Below, one piece after another: positions 47,160-58,800 of a stretch of 64,000 nt of DNA. Within the stretch, counting starts at the first letter, position 1. The number at the start of each line of letters is the position of its first letter. Location: contig CAJINV010000018.1 of assembly GCA_905178155.1 (NCBI GenBank), forward strand, positions 6,479 through 70,478. The letters are read 5' to 3'. Made by a program: the position numbers and the translations under genes. The DNA is from Amoebophrya sp. A120. Taxonomy: Eukaryota; Protista; Dinoflagellata. The notes beneath the pieces were generated by a model. That model was not told where the DNA came from. It saw only the letters and a program-made list of their open reading frames with translations, and did not search any database.

Positions 47160-50042
47160 TCAATGTGCGAGATCTTGGCTGGCCCGCTCCGCTTGAGCAC
47201 GCCTTTGTCCTTGTTGTGTCCCTTGTCCCTGTTGTGTTCCCTGTCCCTGTTGCGTAGTTCCTTGCTCGTGCTGTTTTTCTTGTCCCTGTTGCAGCGTCGG
47301 GTCATCGGGGGTCGTTTGTTGTCCCCCCGTGGTCCTCTGGGTCTTGGTTTGCGTTTGTTCTCCCCCCGTGGCTGGGGCCTCAACTGGAACAGTGGGCGAC
47401 GTCGTCCCACCTGTAGCTGATGAAGGTCCTCCTTCCGTTGCTCCACCAGCAGTGCACGCGTGCTGCCCCCCGCCGCCTGTTGGCCCGATTGTAATTCCAA
47501 CACTGGAACTACTAGCACCTGCAGCACCTGCTGCTGCACTACCAGTGCCCGTTCCGGCCCCAGGCAGCATCTGTGTACAAGGCGTCGTCGAAACAGCCGC
47601 GCCAGTTTTTTGCTGGTCAACTTCGCCTGGTTCTTGTAGCGCAGAGCCAGAAGAAGACCAAGACCCCACGCCGGCGCCAACAGAAGGAGAAGATATTGAC
47701 CTCGTTATTTGTCTCCCAGTTGCCGCACCTGACGCTGTTCTTGATGCGTCGGCTTGGTCCAGTTGGGTAGGAGGCACTGCTTGTCGGGACGGGGCGGGGC
47801 CTAGAACGATAATACCAGCTGATCCTTGTCCTCCCGGAGAGAAATTATCAGCACCAGCTGCTCCACCTTTTCCTGCAGGAGTAGAATTGTCAGCGGCATC
47901 TTGGGCGGCGGTAGTTGCTGCTTGTAGTCCAGACGACGCGGGGCCTGGGGGCGTCGTAGAAGTTCCCCCTGGTCCAGCACTGCCACAACTTCTGCCTCCA
48001 GAAGAACCACCTCGAGGGCCCGAACTACTAGTACCACCCTGGTGCACCCCCTTTATTGACCGACTGGCATCTTCTTCTGGAACGACACCATGTCCCCTCG
48101 TGATCTCCGCGCTGCCTGCATCCGCCGCGCTGCGATCCCGCTGCAGCGCGTCACGGAAGATCAGATCTTGGATCGGCCTATGCACTGCGAATGTGTCCGG
48201 GTCTGGAAATTTGTGACGCTCGGCGAAATGCGGATGGCGGAAACACTTCCGAATGCTGCCCAGCATGTCAACTTACCAGAACGCTTTCTCTTAGACAGTC
48301 CGCATGAGAAACTGCGTTTTTGCATGACAAAAGAGGAGGTGACTCGTGTTGGTTTGGCAATTTAGATTTTTGACGAGTATTCGCCCAAAGGTAGCACTTT
48401 TGCAGTTTCCAACTTTCCAGCTCCAGGCATTACATATGTATTGGATAAGACCAGATCTTGGTCGGCCCGCTTCGCTTGAACGCGCCCGTTCCGCTAATCA
48501 GTCCGATTACATCGTCCGGAGATAAGTCGGCGAAGAAGCTCGTCGGGTCGATCAATAGGCTATCCAAATCTTCCAGCTGCCTTCGCAACCGTTGTGCATG
48601 TGCGCTCCTCGTCACGGGCTTGCCCTCAAACTCTTTCTCCTCGCGCTGCGTAGCCATCGTGGCACTCTTGGTCCTTCCATCGCTTTCTTGATCGTCGAAG
48701 TCGGGTTGGTGTTGCTGTTCAGCGTCGGGACCTCCACTGGCGGAGAAAAAATCTTCCTCTTCACCATCCGCAGGACATGCCGCAGCTTGAGCACCGCCAG
48801 CGGCCGAAGAAGCCACATTCCCCCACAGCAGGTCCTTTTCTCCTTCCAGGAGCTCAATTTGCGGCAACCCTGCAGCAACCGTCTGTGATTCAACCCTTGC
48901 CGGGCTCACAACGGCTGCCGGCACCCTTGCACGATCCAAAGCAGCCGCTCGCCCGTAGTGCTGCTGAAGTCCTGCTGCTGCATCTGTTGCTTTCTCGGCC
49001 GAAGCCGCAGCTCTCCTATGTAAAAACGACCCCGCCCCAACCTCACGATGGGACTTCTTGTACCACACAAATAATTCCGAAGGCTCGAAAGTAAAAAAGT
49101 GACAAATTTTTCCGCCGCAATGTGGTGCAGGTTAGCAAGGACAACCGCTTAACAGGGCAATCTGCGTTTATGGTTTACAGCATCATAAATGCCAGAACAC
49201 GACTACGGAGGCCTCTCAGCATAGAGCTGCAAACCCAAACTGTATTGCAATGCATAAGGAGCTGAAGTCTGAGTGCTGTATTTCAGTGCTGCTGCGTCTC
49301 TCTTTTTGCAAAGAGCAAAAACCAGAACTCAGGCCTCGGCTAGAACTGGTGCGGCACGTGGGTGGGAATGCGCGCGATGCAAGTGCTTCCGTAGCTGTAA
49401 ACGCATACCTGTATGACAAGTCTGGGGCGTGGCGTTTCTACTTAAGATAGCAGCAACTGCTGCTGTACCATTCCCAAGATGAGCCGCGCTTCTTTCCAAC
49501 CCAGAGTCGACGTCTTCTGCATCTACACCTCGTTGCGCCTCGTCCGAGTCCAAATAGCCCTCGGGCTCAGTGGCCCGATCATCGTCAATCCAAGACAGAT
49601 TGGAATCGGTGTCCTCTTTGCCTGCCCGAGCGTTTATATTGTTCTCGAGGAAAACTTTCTGCTGCTCCAGCATGTCGGCGTCGGCGGTTCGAGCGCCAGC
49701 ACCGACCGGCGGTGGGTGGTTCAGCTCGAGCCCTTGTGGGACCACGGAACCGGCTCCGCCCCCCTGTCCTGAAGAGCTGGCGGGCTTCTCCAGATCGAAA
49801 ACTGGGCCTTCATGCGGGCCGCTGGCGGGCTCGACTGGGTGCGGCTTCTCATGAGGAGCCTCCTTGCCGAGCTGCAGTTCTGACGGCGACCCAGAGGCGA
49901 GGGCAAAGGGCTTGGTGACTGCTCGGCCGGTGAAGAAAGAACCACATTCGCCCTCAAAGTAAAGAAACACACTGACAGCGCTCGCCAGATTTGCCAGCAA
50001 CCGGCCGCACCTTGTTTTGCTGCTTTCCCCGATGATCCTCAT
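47160..50042 (-). CDS. Low-complexity protein sharing the N- and C-terminal modules of the giant gene but lacking the RNB region
   Basis: ORFs 49329-50042, 48430-49068 and 47160-48266 join in frame after removing introners 49012-49449 and 48179-48447. Confidence 0.75.
48179..48447. mobile_element. Introner (paralogous to 32596-32858)
   Basis: Same position and near-same sequence as the 32.6k element. Confidence 0.82.
49012..49449. mobile_element. Long introner (related to the 33660 subfamily)
   Basis: Perfect TSD gcagc; IR tctcctatgtaaaaacg..gcccca / tggggcgtggcgtttctacttaagata; in frame. Confidence 0.85.
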
Positions 50043-52799
50043 TTCGTTCCTGCTTGTTTCAGGAAACGGGTGTACTAGTTTTGGCTGTTACTATCAAAGT
50101 TCGATGCGTAGAAGTACTTGTAGTCGCTTAGGTTGGTGCCTCTCGTAAAGAAAAGCTGAAGAGGGGAACAGCAAGGCACTAGCTGGCCCCACGCTTTTGT
50201 TTGTGTTTCAACAGAGGGCTGCTCTTGCTGCTAATATTTCGATCCTAGCTGAGTTTTGGTATTGTACTTGCTTCCTCCATTCCTCGGAAACACCTCTTTG
50301 CTATCCGCCGCCTTGTTGTATCTATGCGGGCTCGCTAAAAATGAATGACAGGCATTGAATATCAACAGAAACACAAGCTTCGGGGGCACAAGAAATCGAG
50401 TCACTGTGGGGGGGGGTAAGGGCATGGTAGATAGGTTTTTGGACCAGTAGGCGCATCAAATGAAATGGAGTTTCAGGTGTGTTGCGGTTTGTATTTACTT
50501 CATCTGGTAGTGGAAAAAATTTCAAATCACTAACAGCAGAGGCCAGCGCATCCTCGTAAAGGCATTCGCTTTTGCTACCTCAGGGCGAGGCAGAAAAACG
50601 GTGCACGTTTCGGGCTAAAAGCGGCGCTTGCAAATGATCAAAGGTGGCGAGAGCTTGCAGAGCTGTGCTCGTTTTGAAGTGCGGGTAGATCAATATTACA
50701 GAACTTTCCAGGAAAGACCTGGCAACCTGATCTCCCACGAGCGCAATGCGGTGAGGGTTGTTTCCACACGCTTCTCTTTTCGGTAGTTTTACGTCTGGAG
50801 ACCTAGACGAGCACGATCTGTGTTTTTTGTGTTTTTCTTAATCTTTTCTAAATTCTTATTGCGCACGCCAACGCGCTCAACAGCTCACATAAACAGGGGC
50901 AATTCAGCCACAACTTTCTTCTTCTTCGATCTCGGTTCTCTGCGAGGTTTCGTCGCAGCAATAAAACCTCACTCGGCCAGAGATGAACATCGGCCACGCG
51001 AGCCGCTTACCAATGCTTTAAGCTGGACGCTTTTCTGCTCGGAATTCTGAAAAAGATCTTGCGCAGCTGGCAGTGCCAGACCGAGAGATAGTGTCGCAGT
51101 TGTAGTTGTTCGGCAGACTTCAATACGTAGATAGGACGAATCAGTTGCAGACGGTCGCGCGTGTCATCTTTACATTGTCATCAGAATTCGCGCATCTGCA
51201 GATAAGAAACATAACGCCAGCAACATGGAAAAGCAAGGATTGCCTGTCTTTGCGGAATTTGCAAACGAACTCTGTTGCCGTTTTTCAAGCGACGGCATGT
51301 CGCGTCTTCGTAAGTCACGGCGGAAAGATTTCGCGTCAAAGATGTGCGGCAACGTCGTGATTTCCCACAATCTAGTTATTGAAGAGGGTTTACAAGCTTA
51401 GTACATTCTACAAACTGTCAAGACCACTAGAGCAGCGCGCGCGCGGTGACCTGCTGTTGCTGCGAAAGCGTGAAACGAGGTGAATGGGCTAAATCCCACT
51501 TCTTCCAAGCTTCTTCAGATATGAGTGACTGCGGCCAAAAGGTGAGAATTATTTGAAACGAAAGCCAATATATGTATGTATGTAAATCTCGCGACAGCTT
51601 TATTGATATAATTTACCCCGGAACATCCACAACGGACGCATCTGCGTCGTTTCAGTGGCCCTGGTAAAGTTCTTTTTCTGGAAAGATATAGAGAGAAGTT
51701 CGCAAAACGGCAAAACCAATAGCGCGGCCGGGGCTGCTGACGCTACGCTCACTGCTGGGAGTTTGAAAGCAAAAGCCTTTTTGTTCTGGTGCCTCATCAT
51801 CAGAAATTATGAACCGCGAAGAACGGGCCGCACCAACTAAAGATCGAGATCGAAAGAACTTGGTCATTGCCTACAACTTAAAAGTATATTTTACAGTGTA
51901 ATATCAAATTTGAAGTCTGAGTAGATCACTGTAGCCGGAGCGAACTGCGTGGCTTTGTGATGCTAGTCCTGTAAAAGTATATATCTATGAAAGCGACTAA
52001 ATAGAGAAAACTAGGGGCCTTTTGAGGGCTAGCGCCGATGACACCCCTGAAAACCAAAAAAGTAAAGGTCTTGCTGTTCGGAACGGAGTCAGAATATCGG
52101 CATCGTGCCCTCGTGGAGGGTTGATCTTGTTGGGACGCGCGTAGCGCTGATGAATAAGTAAGACCTTTAGTGTGGGCCGTAGTGTTGTGAAAGGCAGAGC
52201 TTGATGGTAACGCATTATATTGCCGCCTCAGGGGTCGAGCTTGGAAGGGCACAAAGGAGCTCAGAGACATACTATCGTGTGAAAGGGTAGCCTAGATGAG
52301 GAAGCTGCATATCTCTGCAGCAGGTCCAGGTGCTCTGACGTGCTGAGCTTACACGGCCACGATGTAAAGCAAAACGATAGAGATCAGAAATTGTTCAGAG
52401 AAATACAACAAAAAAGTCAGAAAATATTCCACAAGCCCCTGCGGGAAACTGAAACCCCTCGCACGCCCACACCTAGGGCCCAAGGAGGTCTTACTGGCGT
52501 TGTGGTAAGTTTCAGAACGCCTACGCAACTCCACGTGGTCTGTTTGAGAAAATTCGAAGAAAAGAGGAGATGGGGGGCAGAGAAGTATAAGGCGACCGCT
52601 TCTGCAGTAGACACTACAAGCCAGCACGGACTCTAGTGCAGAAACACTTCTGTTTCTTCACCCGAGGAGGTGCTTCTGGTACTAAGTACTGCTACTCCCT
52701 ATTCTACTTCCCCCGTACGACGCTTTTCTTCCCCTTTTTTCTCATTTTCGATGTTTCTGGCACAACGGTAGCAAGAGTGGGACACTTTGGTCGCTCCGG

Positions 52800-54412
52800 T
52801 TAGTAATCTTGGTACCCGCGAAGCATCTGTAGTTTTTCCCATTCCTCGGCAGTTTCCGGCGGCGAAAAAGAGGAGCTGGAGTAATCGTGTGCGGCCATGG
52901 GGGACGGTGGTGGCGGTGGGCCACCCAACATCGCTCTGGTCCGGTGGGGAAGGAGGCTTTCAGGCACAACAGGATTCATTTCCCTAGGACGGCCAGCAGG
53001 AGCAGCAGCTTGTGTACTCTTTGCGCCAACAGAAGCTGCTTCGCGGCAGCGCTGTTCTTCCTGCTTGGAGTCTTTAGTTTCCATGTTATCCACCGGGCCT
53101 TCACCGGGTTGAACGAAAGTGGCCTCACTGGGGTACGGCGACGGTGGAAGCTTTGAGCAGTCGTCGGGCCGTTCTTGACCAACACCTTCAAATTGACCAA
53201 ACAGCAAGACACCAGAGCTGTCACTCATTACCGGCGCCGTGGCGTTCGCGTATATATCCTATAAAATGCAAACTCGTCTGGGTCTAGGAAGTTGATGTGC
53301 CGCAACTCTCTAATTGGTGGGTACTGGAATACACAACCACAATGTGGTTGTGTATGGGCGAATGTGACATTCGCCCATACCAAATTATTGAGCTGCTACG
53401 TGTTTCTTGCTCCGCATCGCAGATTCTGTTTATTTTGGGTCACATGTACCATCAAGAGGGGTTCTTTGTGCATGCACGTGCATCACAGACATCAGGACGA
53501 TACCGGCCAAGCGTGACAAGTCTTGCATCTTAAGTCTTCCAGGCCCAGACAGGTTTGCACACGATACATCTTCGTCGTGTGCCACAACTCCTCCACCAGC
53601 TAATGTACCTGATTGCTGCCAGTGCCAGGGCAGTGCCTGGCCTCGACACACGTTCTTTGGCTACTTGTCAGCCACCGCCTGTTCGTGACAGGGAGTGCGA
53701 GACTCATTTTCGGAGGAGTCTAGCTTGTCCCAGAGCAGGACAACGGGCGCCTTTATGGCCGGGGAAACTTGCTCTTGCGCGCCTTCAAATTGCTGCTGGT
53801 AGTGGTCGTAGCGTTGCCACGGCGCAGCTTGATGGTTCTGGTCCACGAGCCGCGTCCTGGGTGCTACTGTTCTTTGGTAACCGACCGCCGGGCCGTGGAG
53901 CGAATGTAGTAGTTCATGCTGACACGATAACATCATGCCGTGCCCGTCGTGTTGGAAGAACGGGTCGGCGGGGGCTGCTCTGCCACCGCATTGTTCGCGT
54001 TGCCCTTGCAGGTGCAGCTGTGGCACTTGCTCTACCGGCGCATTTTCTCCAGCCTGATCTTCCGCGCGTCTTGCAGGATTCTTTTGTTCGTTGGATATTT
54101 TCTTCTGGGCCGCGGGGCCGCCCTGCTTCATAGTGATGATGTAGCAACGCCCCTGCGCTGGCCGTCCTTTGATATTCTCCTCGCCCGGCTTCTCGTCTGC
54201 CGCTTCATACACACGGACGCGGGCGGGCACGCCCTCGACCGTGCGGAAGGTTTGCACGGGTGGTGGAGGGCCGGCCTTGCTGCAAGGGGCCTTGGTCTGC
54301 TTCCGCGCTCTGTTGCCAGGTAGAAAAAATCTGGCCGCGGAGGCGGGCGGGAAATTGTCGGACCCGTGCTCTGGGACTGCTGCGCAGCCAGCTTCGCCGC
54401 CGCCTGGAGCAT
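52800..54412 (-). CDS. Hypothetical multi-exon low-complexity protein (boundaries uncertain)
   Basis: ORFs 53661-54257, 53430-53651 and 52800-53228; the last two join in frame across introner 53260-53566. Confidence 0.45.
53260..53566. mobile_element. Introner
   Basis: IR tataaaatgcaaactcgtctggg / cccagacaggtttgcacacgata; diverged TSD tatcc/catct; in frame. Confidence 0.8.
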
Positions 54413-54683
54413 CCGCGCCCCCTCGCTTCCAGTGTGTCCTTGGCCGGGCCGGGGAGCGATTTTTTGGTCCCGGGCTGAGCGCCGGCCGCGCTAGCTGGTC
54501 CCCAGGATCGACGTGATCCCTGTCCTGCCCCTCAAGCAGGTTCTCGGCAATGTCGGGCGCGTCTATTACACTGTCAAACTCAAGGACGGGGCCGATCTCC
54601 GAACTTCTTCTCGCGGAGGCCTGGTAAAAAATTTCAAAATGGAAAGTCCATAGTATTTCGAGTAAGCGTATGTCTGCCTGTTG

Positions 54684-54901
54684 TATCCAGGAAAAAAACT
54701 GTGTAAGTGTAACTTTGCAGGAAGATCTAGATCAGCATCACAAATTCGTCTTGCATTACAGGAAAGACCTGTCATGCGTAGCTCGTACTATGTGGAAACG
54801 CGTACGCAAGTGGCCTATGATGCAAATCCAGCATGACACATGTGCCAGTTTTGCATTTTCTGTGTCCCAGACTTACACTTACACAGTTGTTTTCTTGCAT
54901 A
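54684..54901. mobile_element. Introner (AACTGTGTAAGTGTAA subfamily)
   Basis: 30-bp IR tatccaggaaaaaaactgtgtaagtgtaac; TSD tgttg/tcttg; host frame not resolved. Confidence 0.85.
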
Positions 54902-55121
54902 TCTTGATGCTTTCCCGCAAAAAGCACACATGGTCCACGAGCAATCCTCCTGCTCATCTACAAAAAATGTGGGCGAAAAAAATGACAAAGAGCAATCTTC
55001 GAGCTGGCCCAACAAAAATCTGCAAGAAGATTATCGGCCAACTTGATCCATCGCAAGATTCTCAGCTTTTCTTGATTCCAGGTCGCACCACTAATCTGTC
55101 TATAGACGAGCATCAATTAAA

Positions 55122-55556
55122 TTATCGTACCTGCGGCGCATCCAGGACGACAGGCTCTTTTCCCGCAGGTGCTTCCTCTACAGCAGAGCTCGCAGCAGCT
55201 CTCGTGCAGCGTCCTCCTCTGTCATTGGCCGGAGGCTGCGATGCTGTTGGCATGCCATAAGGCCGGCTTTTTCGCTCTCCTTGTTCTCGCCCCCTCGGTA
55301 GCATACCATGGCAGGCGGCCTTCCGGTGTTTGCCTTTCCGCACTGGGTTTGACGCGCTATGTTCATTTGGTACTTGGAAAAAGCGATGCCGCCGAACGTC
55401 GAATTTTACCTTCACCGACCCCTCTCTCGGGATCAAATCAGAGTCCTGCAGATCGTAGTATCTGCTCGGGTTTTTGTTCCTATTGCATTGCACCACAAGG
55501 ACCACCGCGACGAGAACGGCCAGGGCGGCGAGAAAGATCGCGACCCCGGTTACCAC
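55122..55556 (-). CDS. Exon with a transmembrane segment (VAIFLAALAVLVAVVLVV)
   Basis: 144-aa ORF with a strong hydrophobic helix; gene limits unresolved. Confidence 0.5.
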   Translation of the reverse strand: MVTGVAIFLAALAVLVAVVLVVQCNRNKNPSRYYDLQDSDLIPREGSVKVKFDVRRHRFFQVPNEHSASNPVRKGKHRKAACHGMLPRGREQGERKSRPYGMPTASQPPANDRGGRCTRAAASSAVEEAPAGKEPVVLDAPQVR

Positions 55557-55898
55557 CCAGGCAAGCGTCGCTACCTCCTGCTGTGCTTGGTAGTAACTCT
55601 GGGCGAATCAAAGGAAAAAAAGCCAATGCCCGGTAGTCAAATAAATTTCACTAAGTGCAAAGATGTTCCACTTGCCTCGAAGTTTTCGCGCCATGACAGA
55701 AGAAGACAAAGGCTGGTAGCTTGTTGTCGTGGGAAGCTGTGGAAACTAGCTTAGGTAGCGGCTTTTGATAGCGAAAAGAGCCACTGTAGTAACTTAAGAC
55801 GCAGCCCATCAGGCTAGCGCCACGCTAAACTGCAGGCAAATATCTTTAAACTAAGTACCCAGTGGCTGCTCCTTCCCCACCGCCTTTTTGCGACAAGC

Positions 55899-58800
55899 CT
55901 ACTCATATATAAGTGAGGACTGCACCAAAAAAAAAACTTTTGGAGTTCGGGCAGCGCAAGCCATTTTTCCGCATGATAAGCGAAACCGCTCGGACGTGAA
56001 TTCAAGGGCAGTGCGGTTTCGTGCGATTGCCTCTCGGCAGACCTCGTCATCGTCACGCAATTCGAAATCCAGATGCCGCAGCGCCCGGCCGCATCGCCGC
56101 ACTGCAGCCAGGCCCAGCTCCCGGTCCCGCTGCAGTTCCGAGGAAGCAAACCTCATAGCGACACAGTCGCGACTTGTCGCCGGCCCGTGCCGGCCCTCGT
56201 TGCCAGGAACAGCGCTGTCATCTTCGTTGTCAATCGCTGAGCGAAGTACGTCTCGATTCCCCCGTAAGCGCTCGGAGGCGAACTCAAGCATTGCGGGCAC
56301 AGCTGCAATATCGAATGCAAAAGTAGAGTTTTTGCCTTTGTAGTAGTTGCAGTACTGCTTGAAAAGTCTATTCCCTAATGTATACATAGCTCCTCAACAT
56401 GACAAGTCGAATGCTCAGTGCGAAAAGCTTTTGCATATCATATGTAACGGCGATCGCAACAAGATTTTCATCGTCCCGCAGCCGCGGGGATGCAAACTCG
56501 AGGTTGTGCGCGACGTGCTTTACTGCGGGAAAAACAATATCCCCATGGTCCTGCAACCGGGTTGAAGCAAACCGGAGAAGCCCGAAAACGCGGAGAGCTT
56601 CCTGGCTCTCCTTTTCTGTGCCGGTTGCTTTGGGAACTTCCTCGAACCGCACGGCTTCTAACACTATGGGGAAGCTGTCGCGACAGGCCTCGCTGGCGTG
56701 CTCCAGGGCTGAAGGACTTTTTCGGATGCGATTTATCCATCGCAAATATGTCTGGGTCTGGAAAGTTGTGATGCTGCTTTATGGAATACGGAATGACAAT
56801 GACCAAAGTATGCTTATGCAGCCAAGCATGACAGATTTTTGAGTTGTCCGGTGTTGCGTAAAGCGAGTAAAAAGTTGCGCTTCTGCATGACAAATAAGCA
56901 GCACGATGTCGGGAGTATGATAGCACACGCATTCCAGAGTTGGGGAGCATGGAGTTTAGAATTACAGGTCTCGCAATCTTCCAGACCCGGATACATTTGA
57001 ACTGGATAAGGTCCCAGACGGTCTCAAAATGTTCGCACAGTGATTCCGGCTGGGCAGTTTATGCGTTGCAAAGATGTCTGGGTCTGGAAGAGTCGCGCGG
57101 GGTTTGAAGGATGGCGCGATCTGTAATGCGTCATTGCGATTGGTCAGGGTCAGTCTGTCATGCGTTTTACGAATAAGTGTGAATCTGCAACAAGCCTCGT
57201 AAAACTTGAAGTTTTCCAAGGCTTCTTGCAGATTCTGATCGATGGCATTGCGCAACACAAACGCCAGCTCTCCGGACATATTTCCTATGGATACAAGTCT
57301 AATGGGAGCAGTCATCGCAGCAGGAGCAACGTGGGAGCCGATCATGCTGATGCTCCTCCCGGGTGTCTTAGAGCCGTCGGAATTGTGTGGTGGGGTGATG
57401 ATTGTCCTGTGGGCGAGCGGGCTGGTTTTTGCGGGTAGAAGAAGAGGCCCATGGCCATGTGGTCTACGTCTCGGGGGATGCTGCTGCTGCTGCGGCACTG
57501 GGCCACCAGGCGCATGATGTGGCCCAACTCGCGCTGGGGGCTGCTCAGGCCCATGATGCGCCCCACCCCGTGCTGGTGGAGGCTGCTGCTGCACTCGGCC
57601 AGCTACAAGACCGGGCTCCTGGTGCTGTTGCGCCGTGGCTGGGGCCCCAACTGGAACAGTGGGCGATGTCGTCCCACCTGTTGAAGGCACTGAAGCTACA
57701 CCTGTAGATGGTGAAGCTCCTCCTCCCGTTGTTCCACCAGCAGTGGACGACGTCTGCTGTCCACCTCCACCACCGCCTGTTGGTCCGCTCGCAGTTGTTC
57801 CACCGACGCGAGGAGTACCTGCTGCACCAGTACTAGTGCCCGCCGTTCCGGCCCCGGGCGACAGCTGTGTAGCGCCAGGCGTTGTCGAAACAGCCGCGCC
57901 AGTTTGCTGCTGGTCAACTGCACCGGGTCCTGCTTGTGGTTCAGACGACGCGGAGCCTGGGACTACAGTAGAAGTTGCCCCTGGTCCACCACTGCCACCA
58001 CTTCTGCGTCCAGAAGATGAACCACTATCACGAGGACCTTGGTCGTGCCCCTCTATTGACTGACCGCCACTATCTGCTTCGGGAATAATAGGGGAGCTGT
58101 GAATACGCTGGCCGGTAATGTTGTGAAACGGAAAAATTGTTGTAGTACTACACCCATTAGTTGTACCAGCAAAAAAAAAATGAATTGAGGTGTTTCTTAA
58201 AGATCACATTAAAATCCGCAGCACAAGTCTATTTATTTTTCTGGTACAATTATGGGTGTTGTACTATTTTTTCTGCATCGGATACGCATCGTGCGTCGCG
58301 TCGGGCCCGCCAATGATGGCATGGATGCGCAAGGAGCCCTCTGGACCTGGAGATGTTGATCTAGGACCCACCTCCTGTTCCTCTCCAGTCTCTGGCGGCA
58401 CGACCGGCGGAGGCACTACAGGCATCGTCTGCGTCTGCGCCCCCTGGTTGGCGGTGCTACTGGTCGGACCCCCAGAAGCAGTTCCGCCTGCCCCGTCCTG
58501 TCCCGCCGCCGCGCTGCCATCCCGCTGCAGTGCGTCCGGCAAGATCGGATCTTGCATCGCTCTTGGCGGCGGTGCGTGAGCTGCACCTTTGGCGGCAGCG
58601 ATAGTCGTGTTTGCTCCCCGATTATTCTCCTCGTCGAGGGCCTGCGCTTCTTGCTCCGGTCTGCGGTTGACAACGACCGAAAACACATCATCGAACGAAA
58701 GCGATGCGTGATCTTGTTCTACTCTAGTGTGCTGCTGTTGCAGCTCTTGTTGTAGTCCTGCCTCAGCATGATCCTCACCGGACCCCTCTCCTGCTCTTCC

